This document shows, one piece after another, positions 18,678 through 28,358 of a stretch of 64,000 nt of DNA (the first letter of the stretch is position 1; each line of letters opens with the position of its first letter). The position numbers were made by a program, and so were the translations under genes. The stretch comes from Candidatus Eiseniibacteriota bacterium. Lineage in GTDB: Bacteria > Eisenbacteria > RBG-16-71-46 > JABDJR01. The notes under the pieces are model-generated. The model was not told the DNA's origin and did not search any database. It saw nothing but the letters and a program-made list of their open reading frames with translations. The stretch is taken from assembly GCA_963762255.1 (NCBI GenBank), contig CAVXKA010000001.1, positions 1,216,001 through 1,280,000 on the forward strand, written 5' to 3'.

Positions 18678-20078
18678 GTGAAGAAGATCGCCACGCTGCT
18701 TGCACTCCTGTTCGCTTCGGCACCGACGGCTGCGTGGGCGTCGGAGGGATCCGCGGCTGGGGAGCACGCGGCCGTCGTACCGCCCGTTTGGACGATTTCC
18801 TTCTTCGTGGCCATGCTGTTGGCCATTGCACTGATTCCTCTTGGCCGACTCCATCACTGGTGGGAGAGCAACCTGCACAAACTCTATGTGGCCCTGTTGC
18901 TCGGCGCCTATCCGGCGTACTACTACCTGGCCCATGAGCCGCATGTCATCGGCCGCGTGATGATCTTCGAGTACGTACCCTTCATCGTCCTTCTCGGGAG
19001 CCTCTTCATGATCTCGGGAGGGGTTCGCGTCACCGGCGATCTTCGGGCGGACCCGCGCACCAACACTGTCTTCCTCGCCATTGGAGCAGTGTTTGCTTCG
19101 CTCATCGGCACCACCGGCGCCAGCATGCTTCTTATCCGGCCGCTCTTGCAGACCAACCGGGAGCGGCAGCACAAAGTCCACACGGTCGTGTTCTTCATCT
19201 TCCTGGTCTCCAACATCGGAGGCTCGCTCCTTCCCATCGGGGATCCCCCGCTCTTCCTGGGGTACCTGGCCGGAATCCCGTTCTTCTGGACGCTGCAGCT
19301 CTGGAAGATCTGGTTGCCGACCTGCGGTTTTCTCCTTGCGCTCTACTACTTTCTCGACCGTGTGTACTACAAGCGGGAGCTGCCGGAGGCGCGCACCTGG
19401 GATCGCACCGCGCTGGAGCCGATCCGCATTCGCGGAGCCCGCAATTTCATCTGGCTGGGCGGTGTGGTGGCATCGGTGGTCTTCATGCACGAGCACGCGC
19501 CGTTCGCGCTCCTGCGCATCCCGTTCATGAGAGAAGCCACCATGCTGGTCATGGTGGCGCTGGCTTTCGCGACTTCTCCGCGGCGAAACTGGACCGAGAA
19601 TCGGTTCACATTCGGTCCGATCCTCGAGGTGGCCGCGCTCTTCATCGGCATCTTCCTCACGATGGTGCCCGCCCTGGCCATCCTCCGCGCGCGAGGGGGA
19701 GAGTTGGGGGTCGACAACCCGATGAAGTTCTTCTGGGGGTCAGGCAGTCTGTCGAGCTTCCTCGACAACGCCCCGACCTACCTCGTTTTCTTCAAGACCG
19801 CATCCGGGGCGGTGGCCTCAGGGGCCATGCCCGCGGTCGAGTTGGTGGGAAGCGGCGTGGACAAGGTCCCGGCGCACATCCTCATGGCCATCTCCGCCGG
19901 CTCGGTGTTCATGGGCGCCAACAGCTACATCGGGAACGGGCCTAACTTCATGGTGAAGGCCATCGCCGAGGAGTCCGGGGTGCGCATGCCCTCGTTCCTG
20001 GGCTACATGAAGTGGTCCGTGGGCATCCTCATCCCGACCTTCATCCTGGTGAGCCTGATCTTCTTCCGGGGCAACTGA
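18678..20078 (+). CDS. Putative Na+/H+ antiporter (CitMHS_2/IT superfamily)
   Basis: GTTGASMLLIRP, NIGG.L.PIGDPPLFLG, LDNAPTY and YIGNGPNFMV. Confidence 0.88.
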   Translation: MKKIATLLALLFASAPTAAWASEGSAAGEHAAVVPPVWTISFFVAMLLAIALIPLGRLHHWWESNLHKLYVALLLGAYPAYYYLAHEPHVIGRVMIFEYVPFIVLLGSLFMISGGVRVTGDLRADPRTNTVFLAIGAVFASLIGTTGASMLLIRPLLQTNRERQHKVHTVVFFIFLVSNIGGSLLPIGDPPLFLGYLAGIPFFWTLQLWKIWLPTCGFLLALYYFLDRVYYKRELPEARTWDRTALEPIRIRGARNFIWLGGVVASVVFMHEHAPFALLRIPFMREATMLVMVALAFATSPRRNWTENRFTFGPILEVAALFIGIFLTMVPALAILRARGGELGVDNPMKFFWGSGSLSSFLDNAPTYLVFFKTASGAVASGAMPAVELVGSGVDKVPAHILMAISAGSVFMGANSYIGNGPNFMVKAIAEESGVRMPSFLGYMKWSVGILIPTFILVSLIFFRGN

Positions 20079-20254
20079 GGCCTGGATCGGCCCCTCGGAG
20101 AGCATCACCCTGTGGTAGAATTATGCGCGGCTCGATGTCCCTGTTTGTCCGCGAGCTACGTGACCCCGTTGCGTCGGCGGCGATTTCGTCCCGCCACCGC
20201 CGTGCGCGCCCAAGACGTGCTTTGAACCTGCGCTCATCCCAAGGGAGCACCTCA

Positions 20255-23200
20255 ATGCTGAAACGCACTGCTTTGGTCGTTTTCCTGATCCTGGCCGTCT
20301 TCCTGACAGGGACGGTTCCCGCCTCGGCGGGTCCCGAGAAGGTCAGCCCGCTGCTGCGCAAGTACACGAACCCCGGCATGGAGGTCGCGGTCGACGCGCG
20401 GGCGATGCACCAGGTCGAAGGGGTGATGGGCGCCGCTTCGAGCACAGGGATCCGCTGCCTGATCCAGGGCGACGTGACCCGCGCGCAGCTCGAGGCGCTC
20501 GGGGTACAGGTCGGAACCCAGGCTGGGACCGTGTTCACGGCCGTCATCCCGGAGGACCGCATCCTCGAGGTTTCGGACCTTCCTGGACTCGTCCGTATCG
20601 AGGCCGCCCGGAAGGTGACGCCGAACCTCGATGTGGCCCTGAGCGAGACGCAGATCGAGCCCAAGGTCCACGGGGCCGCTTTACCGCCCTATCCGGTCAC
20701 CGGCAACACCGGAGCCGGCGTCGTAGTCGGCGAAGTGGACTCCGGGTTCGACTACAAGCACGCGGACTTCCGCACCGACGCCGGGCTGAGCCGCTTCGAG
20801 AGCATTTGGGACCAGTCCGTGGCCACCGTCAACCCACCGTCCGGTTTCACCTACGGGCGGGAGTGGCTGAAGAGCACGCTGGACAACCAGACCTCGACGA
20901 CCACCGACACCAACGGCCACGGCACCCACACCATGGGAATCGCCGGCGGCAACGGCCGAGGGACGGGCAATTCCCAGCCGCAGTATCAGTACATCGGGGT
21001 CGCCCCCGAGGCCACGCTGGTCGGCGTGAAGACCGACTACAGCGACGCGGGCATCATCGACGGCGTGGACTACATCTTCCAGAAGGCCGCCGGCCTGGGC
21101 ATGAACGCGGTGGTGAACATCAGCCTGGGCGGTCAGTTCGGACCGCATGACGGGACCGACCCCTTCGATGTCGGCATCAGCAACCTCACCGGCGCCGGGA
21201 AGATCGTGGTCGTCGCCGCCGGAAACGAACGGGCCGAGCAAATTCACGCACGCGGTCAGATCCCCACGGCGGGATCGCCCACCACGCTGGACTTCCTCTT
21301 CACCCTGGACCCCTACACCAAGCTGGCCCTCACCCAGAACGACCTCGTTCTGTTCGACGGCTACTACGAGAGCACCGACAACTACTCGGTGACGGTGATC
21401 GGACCCACCGGCCAGACCCTTGGGCCGGTCGCGCGCGGCGTGTTCAATTCGATAGATTCGTCAGACGGCGCGATCCAGATCGACAACGGGACGGCCACCA
21501 GCTCGACCGGCGACTACGAGGTGTTCATCGCCCTCTTCGACAACAACAACCTGCGCCCCCCGAAGGCGGGGGTGTGGACCATCCGCTACACGCGGGTGAC
21601 CTCCACCAACTCGAAAATCGACCTCTGGAACTACTACACGGCAAGCCACATGGCCGGGCGATTCACGAGCTCCTACACCCCCGACGTCACCGTCGGCTCG
21701 CCTGGAAGTGCCCTGTCGGCGATCACCGTCGCCGCGTATACCGGCAAGTCGACGTGGTTGTCGATCGACGGGAACACGTACTCGTGGAGCCCGCTGCCCA
21801 CCCTGGGCGCGATCGCTTCTTTCTCGAGTCGCGGCCCACTGCGGGACGGAACGCAGAAGCCCGACATCACGGGGCCCGGGTTCGGCGTCGTGTCCGCGTT
21901 ATCATCCGGTGTCGTCACCACCGGTCTCCAGCCCTATATCGTTCCGGACGGCAAGCACTGGATCCAAGCGGGGACGAGCATGTCGACGCCGATGGTGACG
22001 GGACTCGCGGCGCTCATGCTCAAGAAGGAGGGCGCGATCACGCCCGCGCAGATGAAGACGGAGCTCAACACCACCGCCCGTACCGATGCCTACACCGGTG
22101 CCGTGCCCAACTACGATTGGGGTTACGGCAAGATGAACGGCAAGTCGGCGGACATGACTGCGCCCGTGGTGACGGTGTCCGCGCCGAACGGGGCGGAGGT
22201 GCTCACCGCCGGGACGAGTTCCAACATCACGTGGTCCGCGACCGACAACTTCGCGGTGACCACGGTGGATCTCTACTACTCCACCGACAGCGGCGTGACG
22301 TTCCCGAACGTGATTGCCACCGGCGAGACCAACGACGGCACCTACGCCTGGACGGTGCCCTCGACGGCGACCACCACCGCGCGCGTCAAGGTCGTCGCCA
22401 ACGATGCGGGAGGCAATGCGGGCGAGGATCAGAGCAACGCGAACTTCACGATCCTCCTGCCCGACGTGATCGATCCCGTGGTGACCGTGACCGCTCCGAA
22501 CGGGGCGGAGGTGCTCACCGCCGGTACGAGTTCCAACATCACGTGGATCGCGACCGACAACGTCGCGGTGACCACGGTGGATCTCTACTACTCCACCGAT
22601 AGCGGCGCGACGTTCCCGAACCTGATCGCCTCCGGCGAGGCCAACGACAGCACCTACGCATGGACAGTGCCCTCGACGGCAACCGCCGCCGCGCGCGTCA
22701 AGGTCGTGGCCCACGACGCCGCCGCCAACTCGGGCGAGGACCAGAGCGACGCGGATTTCACGATCCTCCTGCCCGACGTGACCGCGCCCGTGGTGACGGT
22801 GAGTGCGCCCAACGGGGCCGAGAACCTGCTCGCCGGCACCTCGTTCGACGTTACCTGGACCGCGACCGACAGCGTCGGGGTGACGACCGTGGATCTCTCC
22901 TACTCCATCGATGGCGGGGCGACGTTCCCCAACGTGATCGCCACCGGCGAAGCCAACGACGGCACGTATGCATGGACCGTCCCCTCGACGGCAACCACCG
23001 CCGCGCGCGTCAAGGTCGTGGCCCACGACGCCGCCGCCAACTCGGGCGAGGACCAGAGCGATGCGGATTTCACGATCCGCCTGCCCGACACCACGCCGCC
23101 CACGGTGACGGTAACCGCTCCCAACGGCGGCGAAGTCATTCAGGAGGGCTCGAACACCGATATCACCTGGACGGCGAACGACACGGGATTGAAGCCGGGC

Positions 23201-23746
23201 GGCTTGACCGGTCTGGCCGCGGCCATCGCCGGCATCGACTCGGTGACGATCGCATACTCGCTCAACAACGGTTCGACCTGGACGGTGATCGCCACAGGCG
23301 AGAGCAACGACGGGACCTACGCGTGGACGCTTCCGATGGCGTCCTCGGATAGCGCACTCGTGCGCGTCGCCGCTTACGACACGACCGGGAACTCCGGGAG
23401 CGACGTGAGCGACGCGGTCTTCCGCATTACCTCTTCGACCGGGGTCGGCGATCCGATCATGCCGGTGGCGTTGACCCTTTCGCCCGCCCACCCCAATCCG
23501 CTGACCGGTGCGGGCACCGCCATCTCCTTCGGGCTTACGCGTGAAGGATCCGTCTCCCTGAACGTCTTCGACGCCACGGGACGGCGGGTGGCCGCGCTTG
23601 CCGGCGGCTCCTACCCGGAGGGGTTCCACACCGTGGTCTGGAATGGGCGGCGTGAGGACGGCAGCCGGGCGCCTGCCGGGGTCTATTTCTATCGCCTGGT
23701 CACCCCCGAGGGGTCGCGAAGCCAGCGCCTCATGGTTCTGCGTTGA
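20255..23746 (+). CDS. Secreted S8 subtilase with four Ig-like repeats and a C-terminal FlgD-Ig-type domain
   Basis: Catalytic triad VDSG/HGTH/GTSMS; HPNP...WNGR...GVYFYRL C-terminus; start ATG 20255. Confidence 0.9.
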   Translation: MLKRTALVVFLILAVFLTGTVPASAGPEKVSPLLRKYTNPGMEVAVDARAMHQVEGVMGAASSTGIRCLIQGDVTRAQLEALGVQVGTQAGTVFTAVIPEDRILEVSDLPGLVRIEAARKVTPNLDVALSETQIEPKVHGAALPPYPVTGNTGAGVVVGEVDSGFDYKHADFRTDAGLSRFESIWDQSVATVNPPSGFTYGREWLKSTLDNQTSTTTDTNGHGTHTMGIAGGNGRGTGNSQPQYQYIGVAPEATLVGVKTDYSDAGIIDGVDYIFQKAAGLGMNAVVNISLGGQFGPHDGTDPFDVGISNLTGAGKIVVVAAGNERAEQIHARGQIPTAGSPTTLDFLFTLDPYTKLALTQNDLVLFDGYYESTDNYSVTVIGPTGQTLGPVARGVFNSIDSSDGAIQIDNGTATSSTGDYEVFIALFDNNNLRPPKAGVWTIRYTRVTSTNSKIDLWNYYTASHMAGRFTSSYTPDVTVGSPGSALSAITVAAYTGKSTWLSIDGNTYSWSPLPTLGAIASFSSRGPLRDGTQKPDITGPGFGVVSALSSGVVTTGLQPYIVPDGKHWIQAGTSMSTPMVTGLAALMLKKEGAITPAQMKTELNTTARTDAYTGAVPNYDWGYGKMNGKSADMTAPVVTVSAPNGAEVLTAGTSSNITWSATDNFAVTTVDLYYSTDSGVTFPNVIATGETNDGTYAWTVPSTATTTARVKVVANDAGGNAGEDQSNANFTILLPDVIDPVVTVTAPNGAEVLTAGTSSNITWIATDNVAVTTVDLYYSTDSGATFPNLIASGEANDSTYAWTVPSTATAAARVKVVAHDAAANSGEDQSDADFTILLPDVTAPVVTVSAPNGAENLLAGTSFDVTWTATDSVGVTTVDLSYSIDGGATFPNVIATGEANDGTYAWTVPSTATTAARVKVVAHDAAANSGEDQSDADFTIRLPDTTPPTVTVTAPNGGEVIQEGSNTDITWTANDTGLKPGGLTGLAAAIAGIDSVTIAYSLNNGSTWTVIATGESNDGTYAWTLPMASSDSALVRVAAYDTTGNSGSDVSDAVFRITSSTGVGDPIMPVALTLSPAHPNPLTGAGTAISFGLTREGSVSLNVFDATGRRVAALAGGSYPEGFHTVVWNGRREDGSRAPAGVYFYRLVTPEGSRSQRLMVLR
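22151..23430 (+). repeat. Four intragenic 312-bp (104-aa) tandem domain repeats
   Basis: Units begin at 22151, 22463, 22775 and 23087 (D..P.VTV.APNG.E); unit 4 is diverged and has an insertion. Confidence 0.9.
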
Positions 23747-23762
23747 CCGCGTAGGGCTTGTG

Positions 23763-23800
23763 GAGAGCCGGGGCGGCCCGTGCCGCCCCGGTTTTCTTTT
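23763..23800 (+). terminator. Intrinsic terminator
   Basis: GAGAGCCGGGGCGGC-ccgt-GCCGCCCCGGTTTTC followed by TTTT. Confidence 0.85.
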
Positions 23801-23903
23801 GCCCTTGAGGGCCTCCGGTCGGGTTGCCATGATGGGACGGCTTTCTCGGCCGACCCCGGTCCGTCCGGATCAGTGCAGGGCCCCGAACCCAGAGTAGTCG
23901 TCC

Positions 23904-25733
23904 ATGAAGACACCCACCGCCAGCCAGCCGATCTTCCAGGAGCGCCGCGAACGATTGTTCGCGGCCGGGGTCCTTCTGGCCGGCTTGGTGCTACGGCTTC
24001 TCCTCTGGAGAACTCAACCGTTCGTCTCCGTGGATGGCACGACCTACATCCGGCTCGCCCGGGCGTTGAGCGGGGACGTTGCCTTCGATTCGGTCATGCC
24101 CCCCGGCTACCCCGCTCTCATCCTGATTTTCCAGACCGTGGCTCGCGATTGGGTGACCGCTGCGCGGCTCGTGGATCTCGTCGCGGGGCTCGCGCTGATC
24201 CCGCTGACCTGGCTGCTGGCTCGTGCCTACGTCTCGCGTTGGTGGTTGCGGCTCGCTCCCGCGGTGGCGGTGGCGGCGCTCCCGTTGCCCGTGCGGTACT
24301 CGCTGACCACGATGAGCGAGGCGCCGTATCTCGCCCTGCTGCTTGGCGCGTTCGTGCTGGCCGCGCGACGGCGGGACTTCCCGACCGGGCTTCTCGGCGG
24401 GCTCGCGTATCTGGTGCGCCCCGAGGCGTTGACCGCAACCTTGGCGCTGGCACTGGTGCGCTGGCGGCGGCCTCGGCGCGCCGCGCTGGTGCTGGCCGGT
24501 CTCGCCCTCGTCGTCGCCCCCGTGCTGGTGATGCAGGGCGTCACGAGCGGGGTCTGGAGCATCACGCGCAAGACGAACAATCTCGGGGGCTCGGCGTGGT
24601 GGCAGAACGAGCCGCTCGCGTCCGGCGTGGAGCAGCCCGGCGCAGCCGCGGATCGCCTGCGCGAGTACGGCAGCGAATCCCTCGCGTCCTATCCCCGCCG
24701 CCTGGCCGGGTACGCGTGGCATACGGTTCGGCATGGGGGATGGGTCGTTCCGGCACTCGGCCTGGCCGGTCTGGCCTCGCCGGCAGCCCCGCTCGGCGCG
24801 GGGCTCGTGCAGTTCCTGATCACGCCCGCCTTTGCGCTCGGGAACAACCCGCGATTCATTCTGCCCTACCTCCCGTTCCTGTGGATTCTGGCGGCCGTGT
24901 TTCTGGATCGCGCAGGTCGAAGGGCGAGGCTTGGTCTCGGCGCGCTCTGCATCGCAGGGCTGGTCGCCACCGGCGCCGTCGAAGCCCCCGGCTACCGAGT
25001 GCAGGAGGACGGCACCTTCCCCGAGCTGGTCGAAGTAGGGCGCTGGCTCGCGCCTCACGTGCGATCCGGGACCGTGATCTACGATCGCAAGCCCTACGCC
25101 GCGTTCTATGCCGGCGCCGCGTATCGAGCGATCCCGCTCGGGACCTACGACGAAATGCTCGACGCGATCGTGCGCGACGGCGGGGATTTCCTTGTCGTGG
25201 ACCAGGCGGTCGTGGACTTCTTCCGTCCCGAGCTCTTGCCGCTCGTCCTGGACAAGGGCTTTGTGGGGAACGAACCGAGGCTCAGGCCGGTGCACTTGAA
25301 CCTCAAGTACCGCGATCGCGCGACGGTCGTGTACAGGGTCGTCCGACCGGGTGGCCCCCAACCCCTGCCCGACGAAAGAGGGATCAGGGAGCAGTTGGCG
25401 CAGATCACTCATCAGGAGAACCATTTCCCCCACGGCATCCTGGCCATGCGCGGGGAGCACTGGCAGGTGGCGGCGGGCGAGTTCGCCTACGCGATCAGCG
25501 CCGACAGCAGCAACTCGGCGGCGTTCAACAATCGCGCGTGGTGCCTCTTGCAGGCGGACATGGCCCTGCCGAGCGCGGAATCCGACGCCCGCCGCGCCAC
25601 CGCGCTCGATCCCGAGAACCCGGACTATCTCGACACGCTCATCGCGGTGCTGCGCCGAGTGGGCAAGGGCGAGGAGGCCGATCGACTGGTCGCGAGGCTG
25701 GAAGCATTGGAAGCGCGGCGGGGAGGCCGCTGA
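23904..25733 (+). CDS. GT-C-like membrane glycosyltransferase with C-terminal TPR
   Basis: DGTTYI..A, PPGYP, SEAPY and RPE motifs; C-terminal TPR (NNRAW...YLDTL). Confidence 0.7.
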   Translation: MKTPTASQPIFQERRERLFAAGVLLAGLVLRLLLWRTQPFVSVDGTTYIRLARALSGDVAFDSVMPPGYPALILIFQTVARDWVTAARLVDLVAGLALIPLTWLLARAYVSRWWLRLAPAVAVAALPLPVRYSLTTMSEAPYLALLLGAFVLAARRRDFPTGLLGGLAYLVRPEALTATLALALVRWRRPRRAALVLAGLALVVAPVLVMQGVTSGVWSITRKTNNLGGSAWWQNEPLASGVEQPGAAADRLREYGSESLASYPRRLAGYAWHTVRHGGWVVPALGLAGLASPAAPLGAGLVQFLITPAFALGNNPRFILPYLPFLWILAAVFLDRAGRRARLGLGALCIAGLVATGAVEAPGYRVQEDGTFPELVEVGRWLAPHVRSGTVIYDRKPYAAFYAGAAYRAIPLGTYDEMLDAIVRDGGDFLVVDQAVVDFFRPELLPLVLDKGFVGNEPRLRPVHLNLKYRDRATVVYRVVRPGGPQPLPDERGIREQLAQITHQENHFPHGILAMRGEHWQVAAGEFAYAISADSSNSAAFNNRAWCLLQADMALPSAESDARRATALDPENPDYLDTLIAVLRRVGKGEEADRLVARLEALEARRGGR

Positions 25734-25794
25734 CGACGCGGTATCTCTACGCCTCGGAATCGGCGGCGGAGGTATACTTGCTCCCGAGCACACG

Positions 25795-27072
25795 ATGACG
25801 GTAACCACCCTCGAACCGAACTACTCCGCACATCCCCTCCTGGACCCCCATTACCTCGAGCGCGACCACATCGGTGCGCGGGTACTCGCGCGCGCCTATC
25901 TCGAGATGTCCCGCAGCGACGCAGTCCTGGAGCGGTACCTGAGTCGGCTCCTCAACCCGATCGAGAGACCGAGAAGCCTCGCCGAGAACCTGGAGTTCTC
26001 CCGCCGGTATCTTGTGGACGTGAACGCCTACATCCGCGAGGTCCTTTCGCTCTTGCAGGTCTCGGTGCGGAAGCCTCTCGCCATGGACCCCGAAGTGGCG
26101 GCCCGAAACGAAGTGCTCGGGCTCCTGGATCTGTCCTTCCGCGGCGACACTCCGAGGGTGAGGTTCGAGGCTCAGCGCAAGCTCTATCTGGCCAAGCTCT
26201 TCTTCGACATCGACCACGATCCGGGCGTGCAGATGGGGCCTCGCCACAAGGAGTATTTCGAGGGACTCCTCGACCGTGAGCTGTGGTCTCGCGCGAGCCG
26301 CATGAAGCGGGTGGACGTCTATTACGACATCGCCGGCGACGGACTCCGCATGGAGATCAACACCCGGCCCACGGGCCCCGATCAGGAGCGCTGGCGCTTC
26401 TACCTGATGCGGGTGCGGCAGCCGGGGCGGCGCGCGATCCATGTCTATCACTACGCGTGCCGGTTCAAACGCGAGGTCGCGCCCTTTCAGTACGAAAGCG
26501 GCGAGGCCGAGTACGAGATCGAGGAGAAACCGATCTGGGAGAAGCTGCATGCGCGGCGCAGCGGATCGATCCTCTCCAAGATGATCCGCAAGGGAGAAGT
26601 GCATCCACGCAAGATCCTCGACATCATCGGCGCCATGTTCATCGTGAAAGACTCGCGAGAGGTGAACGAGCTGCAAGAGGCTCTGTTCGAGCTGTTCGGC
26701 GGTCCGCTGCGCTGGAAGGACCGCGTGAACACGATCGTCAATCCCGGCGACCGCTCGCTGCTCAACGCCCAGTCCGGGCGCGGTTACGAGGTGATGAAGA
26801 GCGACGTGGACGTGATCTGCGCCCCCAAGAGCGGCGTCGAGCCCTACATGTTCTCGGTGGAGGTACAGATCTACACCGTGGAAGGGTTCTTGCGCACGGT
26901 GCACAGCCGCCACTACGCCAGCCATCAGAAGCTCAAGCTGCGGCAATTCCTGATCGCGCTCCTCCCGAGCCTGTTCCCCCGCGAGATCTACGGCGATGCC
27001 GTGATCGATCGTTGCCTCAAGAGCCTCGAGCCGGAGGACGGGGAGGCGAGCGAGGAAACGGCGAGGCCTTGA
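25795..27072 (+). CDS. Divergent RelA/SpoT-like nucleotidyltransferase-domain protein (TIGR04552-like)
   Basis: SILSKMIRK, DIIG, GYEV, EVQIYT and ASHQKLKLRQ in synthetase-domain order. Confidence 0.6.
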   Translation: MTVTTLEPNYSAHPLLDPHYLERDHIGARVLARAYLEMSRSDAVLERYLSRLLNPIERPRSLAENLEFSRRYLVDVNAYIREVLSLLQVSVRKPLAMDPEVAARNEVLGLLDLSFRGDTPRVRFEAQRKLYLAKLFFDIDHDPGVQMGPRHKEYFEGLLDRELWSRASRMKRVDVYYDIAGDGLRMEINTRPTGPDQERWRFYLMRVRQPGRRAIHVYHYACRFKREVAPFQYESGEAEYEIEEKPIWEKLHARRSGSILSKMIRKGEVHPRKILDIIGAMFIVKDSREVNELQEALFELFGGPLRWKDRVNTIVNPGDRSLLNAQSGRGYEVMKSDVDVICAPKSGVEPYMFSVEVQIYTVEGFLRTVHSRHYASHQKLKLRQFLIALLPSLFPREIYGDAVIDRCLKSLEPEDGEASEETARP

Positions 27073-27100
27073 CACGGTCTGGTAGACTCCCGCCCCGATA

Positions 27101-28243
27101 ATGCAACCCCTCAGCCGGTCGCTCCTCATAGTCGTCCTGAGCCTGGGATGGGCCGCCCGTGCGGATGTCGCCCGTGCAGGCGCGAGCCCGGCGGACACTG
27201 TGTCCAATGCGCTTCCCGTGCCGCCGGACACATCGAGGGTCGCCGCGCGGGCGGACACCGTGAAAGCGCCTCCCGACAGCGTGAAGGCCGCCCCCAAGCG
27301 GCCACCCATGCCGAGGCCTCCCCTCAAGAAGGCCGATCTCTCCGTTCTGGCCCCGACGGGGTGGGAGCCGAGCTGCATCGGCACCGCCCTGACCGAACTC
27401 GACAGCGTCTACACGGTGAAGCAGGGCGACTTCCTGAGCGGCGTGTCCGGCATGCACGGGGTGCCGTTCCGCCGGATGGTGCGCGAGAACGCCATTCGTG
27501 ACGTGAATCGCATTACAAGAGGGCTGAAGGTCCACGTGCGCGGCCGCTGGATCGTACCCGGCCGCATCGCGGATGGCCTCGTGCTGAACTTGTCCGAACC
27601 CAAGATCTACTGGTTCGCGGACTCCACTCTGGTCGGCGTGTACGCGGTCGGCGTGGGCGTAGTCGGCTGGGAGACGCCACCCGGAAGCTACTACGTGGCC
27701 AACCGGCGCGCGGATCCGATCTGGTACGTGCCCCCCTCCATCCAGGAGGAGATGCTGGCGCAGGGGAAGGAAGTGAAGACGCGCGTGGAGGCCGGCCCCG
27801 ACAACCCGCTGGGCAAGTACTGGCTCGGCCTCAACAGGGGCGGCTACGGTATCCACGGCACCAACGCGCCGTCCAGCGTCGGGCAGTTCTCGAGCCACGG
27901 CTGCATGCGGGTGCATCCCGACAACATCGAGAAGCTCTACAAGGGGCTCCCCGACCGCGCGCGGGTAGAAGTCATCTACGAACCGATCAAGGTGGCCTGT
28001 CTTCCGGCCAGGAACGAGGTCTACCTCGAGGTGCACTCCGACCACTACCGCTGGGTGGGAAAGCGATTCGACCGAGCGCGCGATCTCATTAACGCGGCAG
28101 GCTGCGCCGACCTGGTGGACTGGACCATGGTGGAGCGCGTGGTGCGCGCCTCCGAAGGGATCGCGGTGCGGGTGAGCCGGCCGGTGGCAGGGACGCGCCC
28201 CGATCCCTTCGCGCCCGATACGACGGTCGCCGTGGCGCGGTAG
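27101..28243 (+). CDS. LysM-containing L,D-transpeptidase
   Basis: YTVKQGD LysM; GPDNPLG; IHGTN..S.G..SSHGCMR. Confidence 0.92.
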   Translation: MQPLSRSLLIVVLSLGWAARADVARAGASPADTVSNALPVPPDTSRVAARADTVKAPPDSVKAAPKRPPMPRPPLKKADLSVLAPTGWEPSCIGTALTELDSVYTVKQGDFLSGVSGMHGVPFRRMVRENAIRDVNRITRGLKVHVRGRWIVPGRIADGLVLNLSEPKIYWFADSTLVGVYAVGVGVVGWETPPGSYYVANRRADPIWYVPPSIQEEMLAQGKEVKTRVEAGPDNPLGKYWLGLNRGGYGIHGTNAPSSVGQFSSHGCMRVHPDNIEKLYKGLPDRARVEVIYEPIKVACLPARNEVYLEVHSDHYRWVGKRFDRARDLINAAGCADLVDWTMVERVVRASEGIAVRVSRPVAGTRPDPFAPDTTVAVAR

Positions 28244-28268
28244 CCGGTTCGCCCGGGGGCGTCGCTTC

Positions 28269-28343
28269 GCGGGTCGCGGGTCGTCCTCGCCGAAGGGGCC
28301 CCCGCTCCGCGGCCCTTCGGACTGCGGTCGACCCGCGACCCGC
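28269..28343 (+). repeat. 75-bp REP-like hairpin repeat, copy 2
   Basis: Outer IR GCGGGTCGCGGGTCG/CGACCCGCGACCCGC with the shared core; lies between convergent genes. Confidence 0.9.
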
Positions 28344-28358
28344 TACGCGGCGTGCCCG

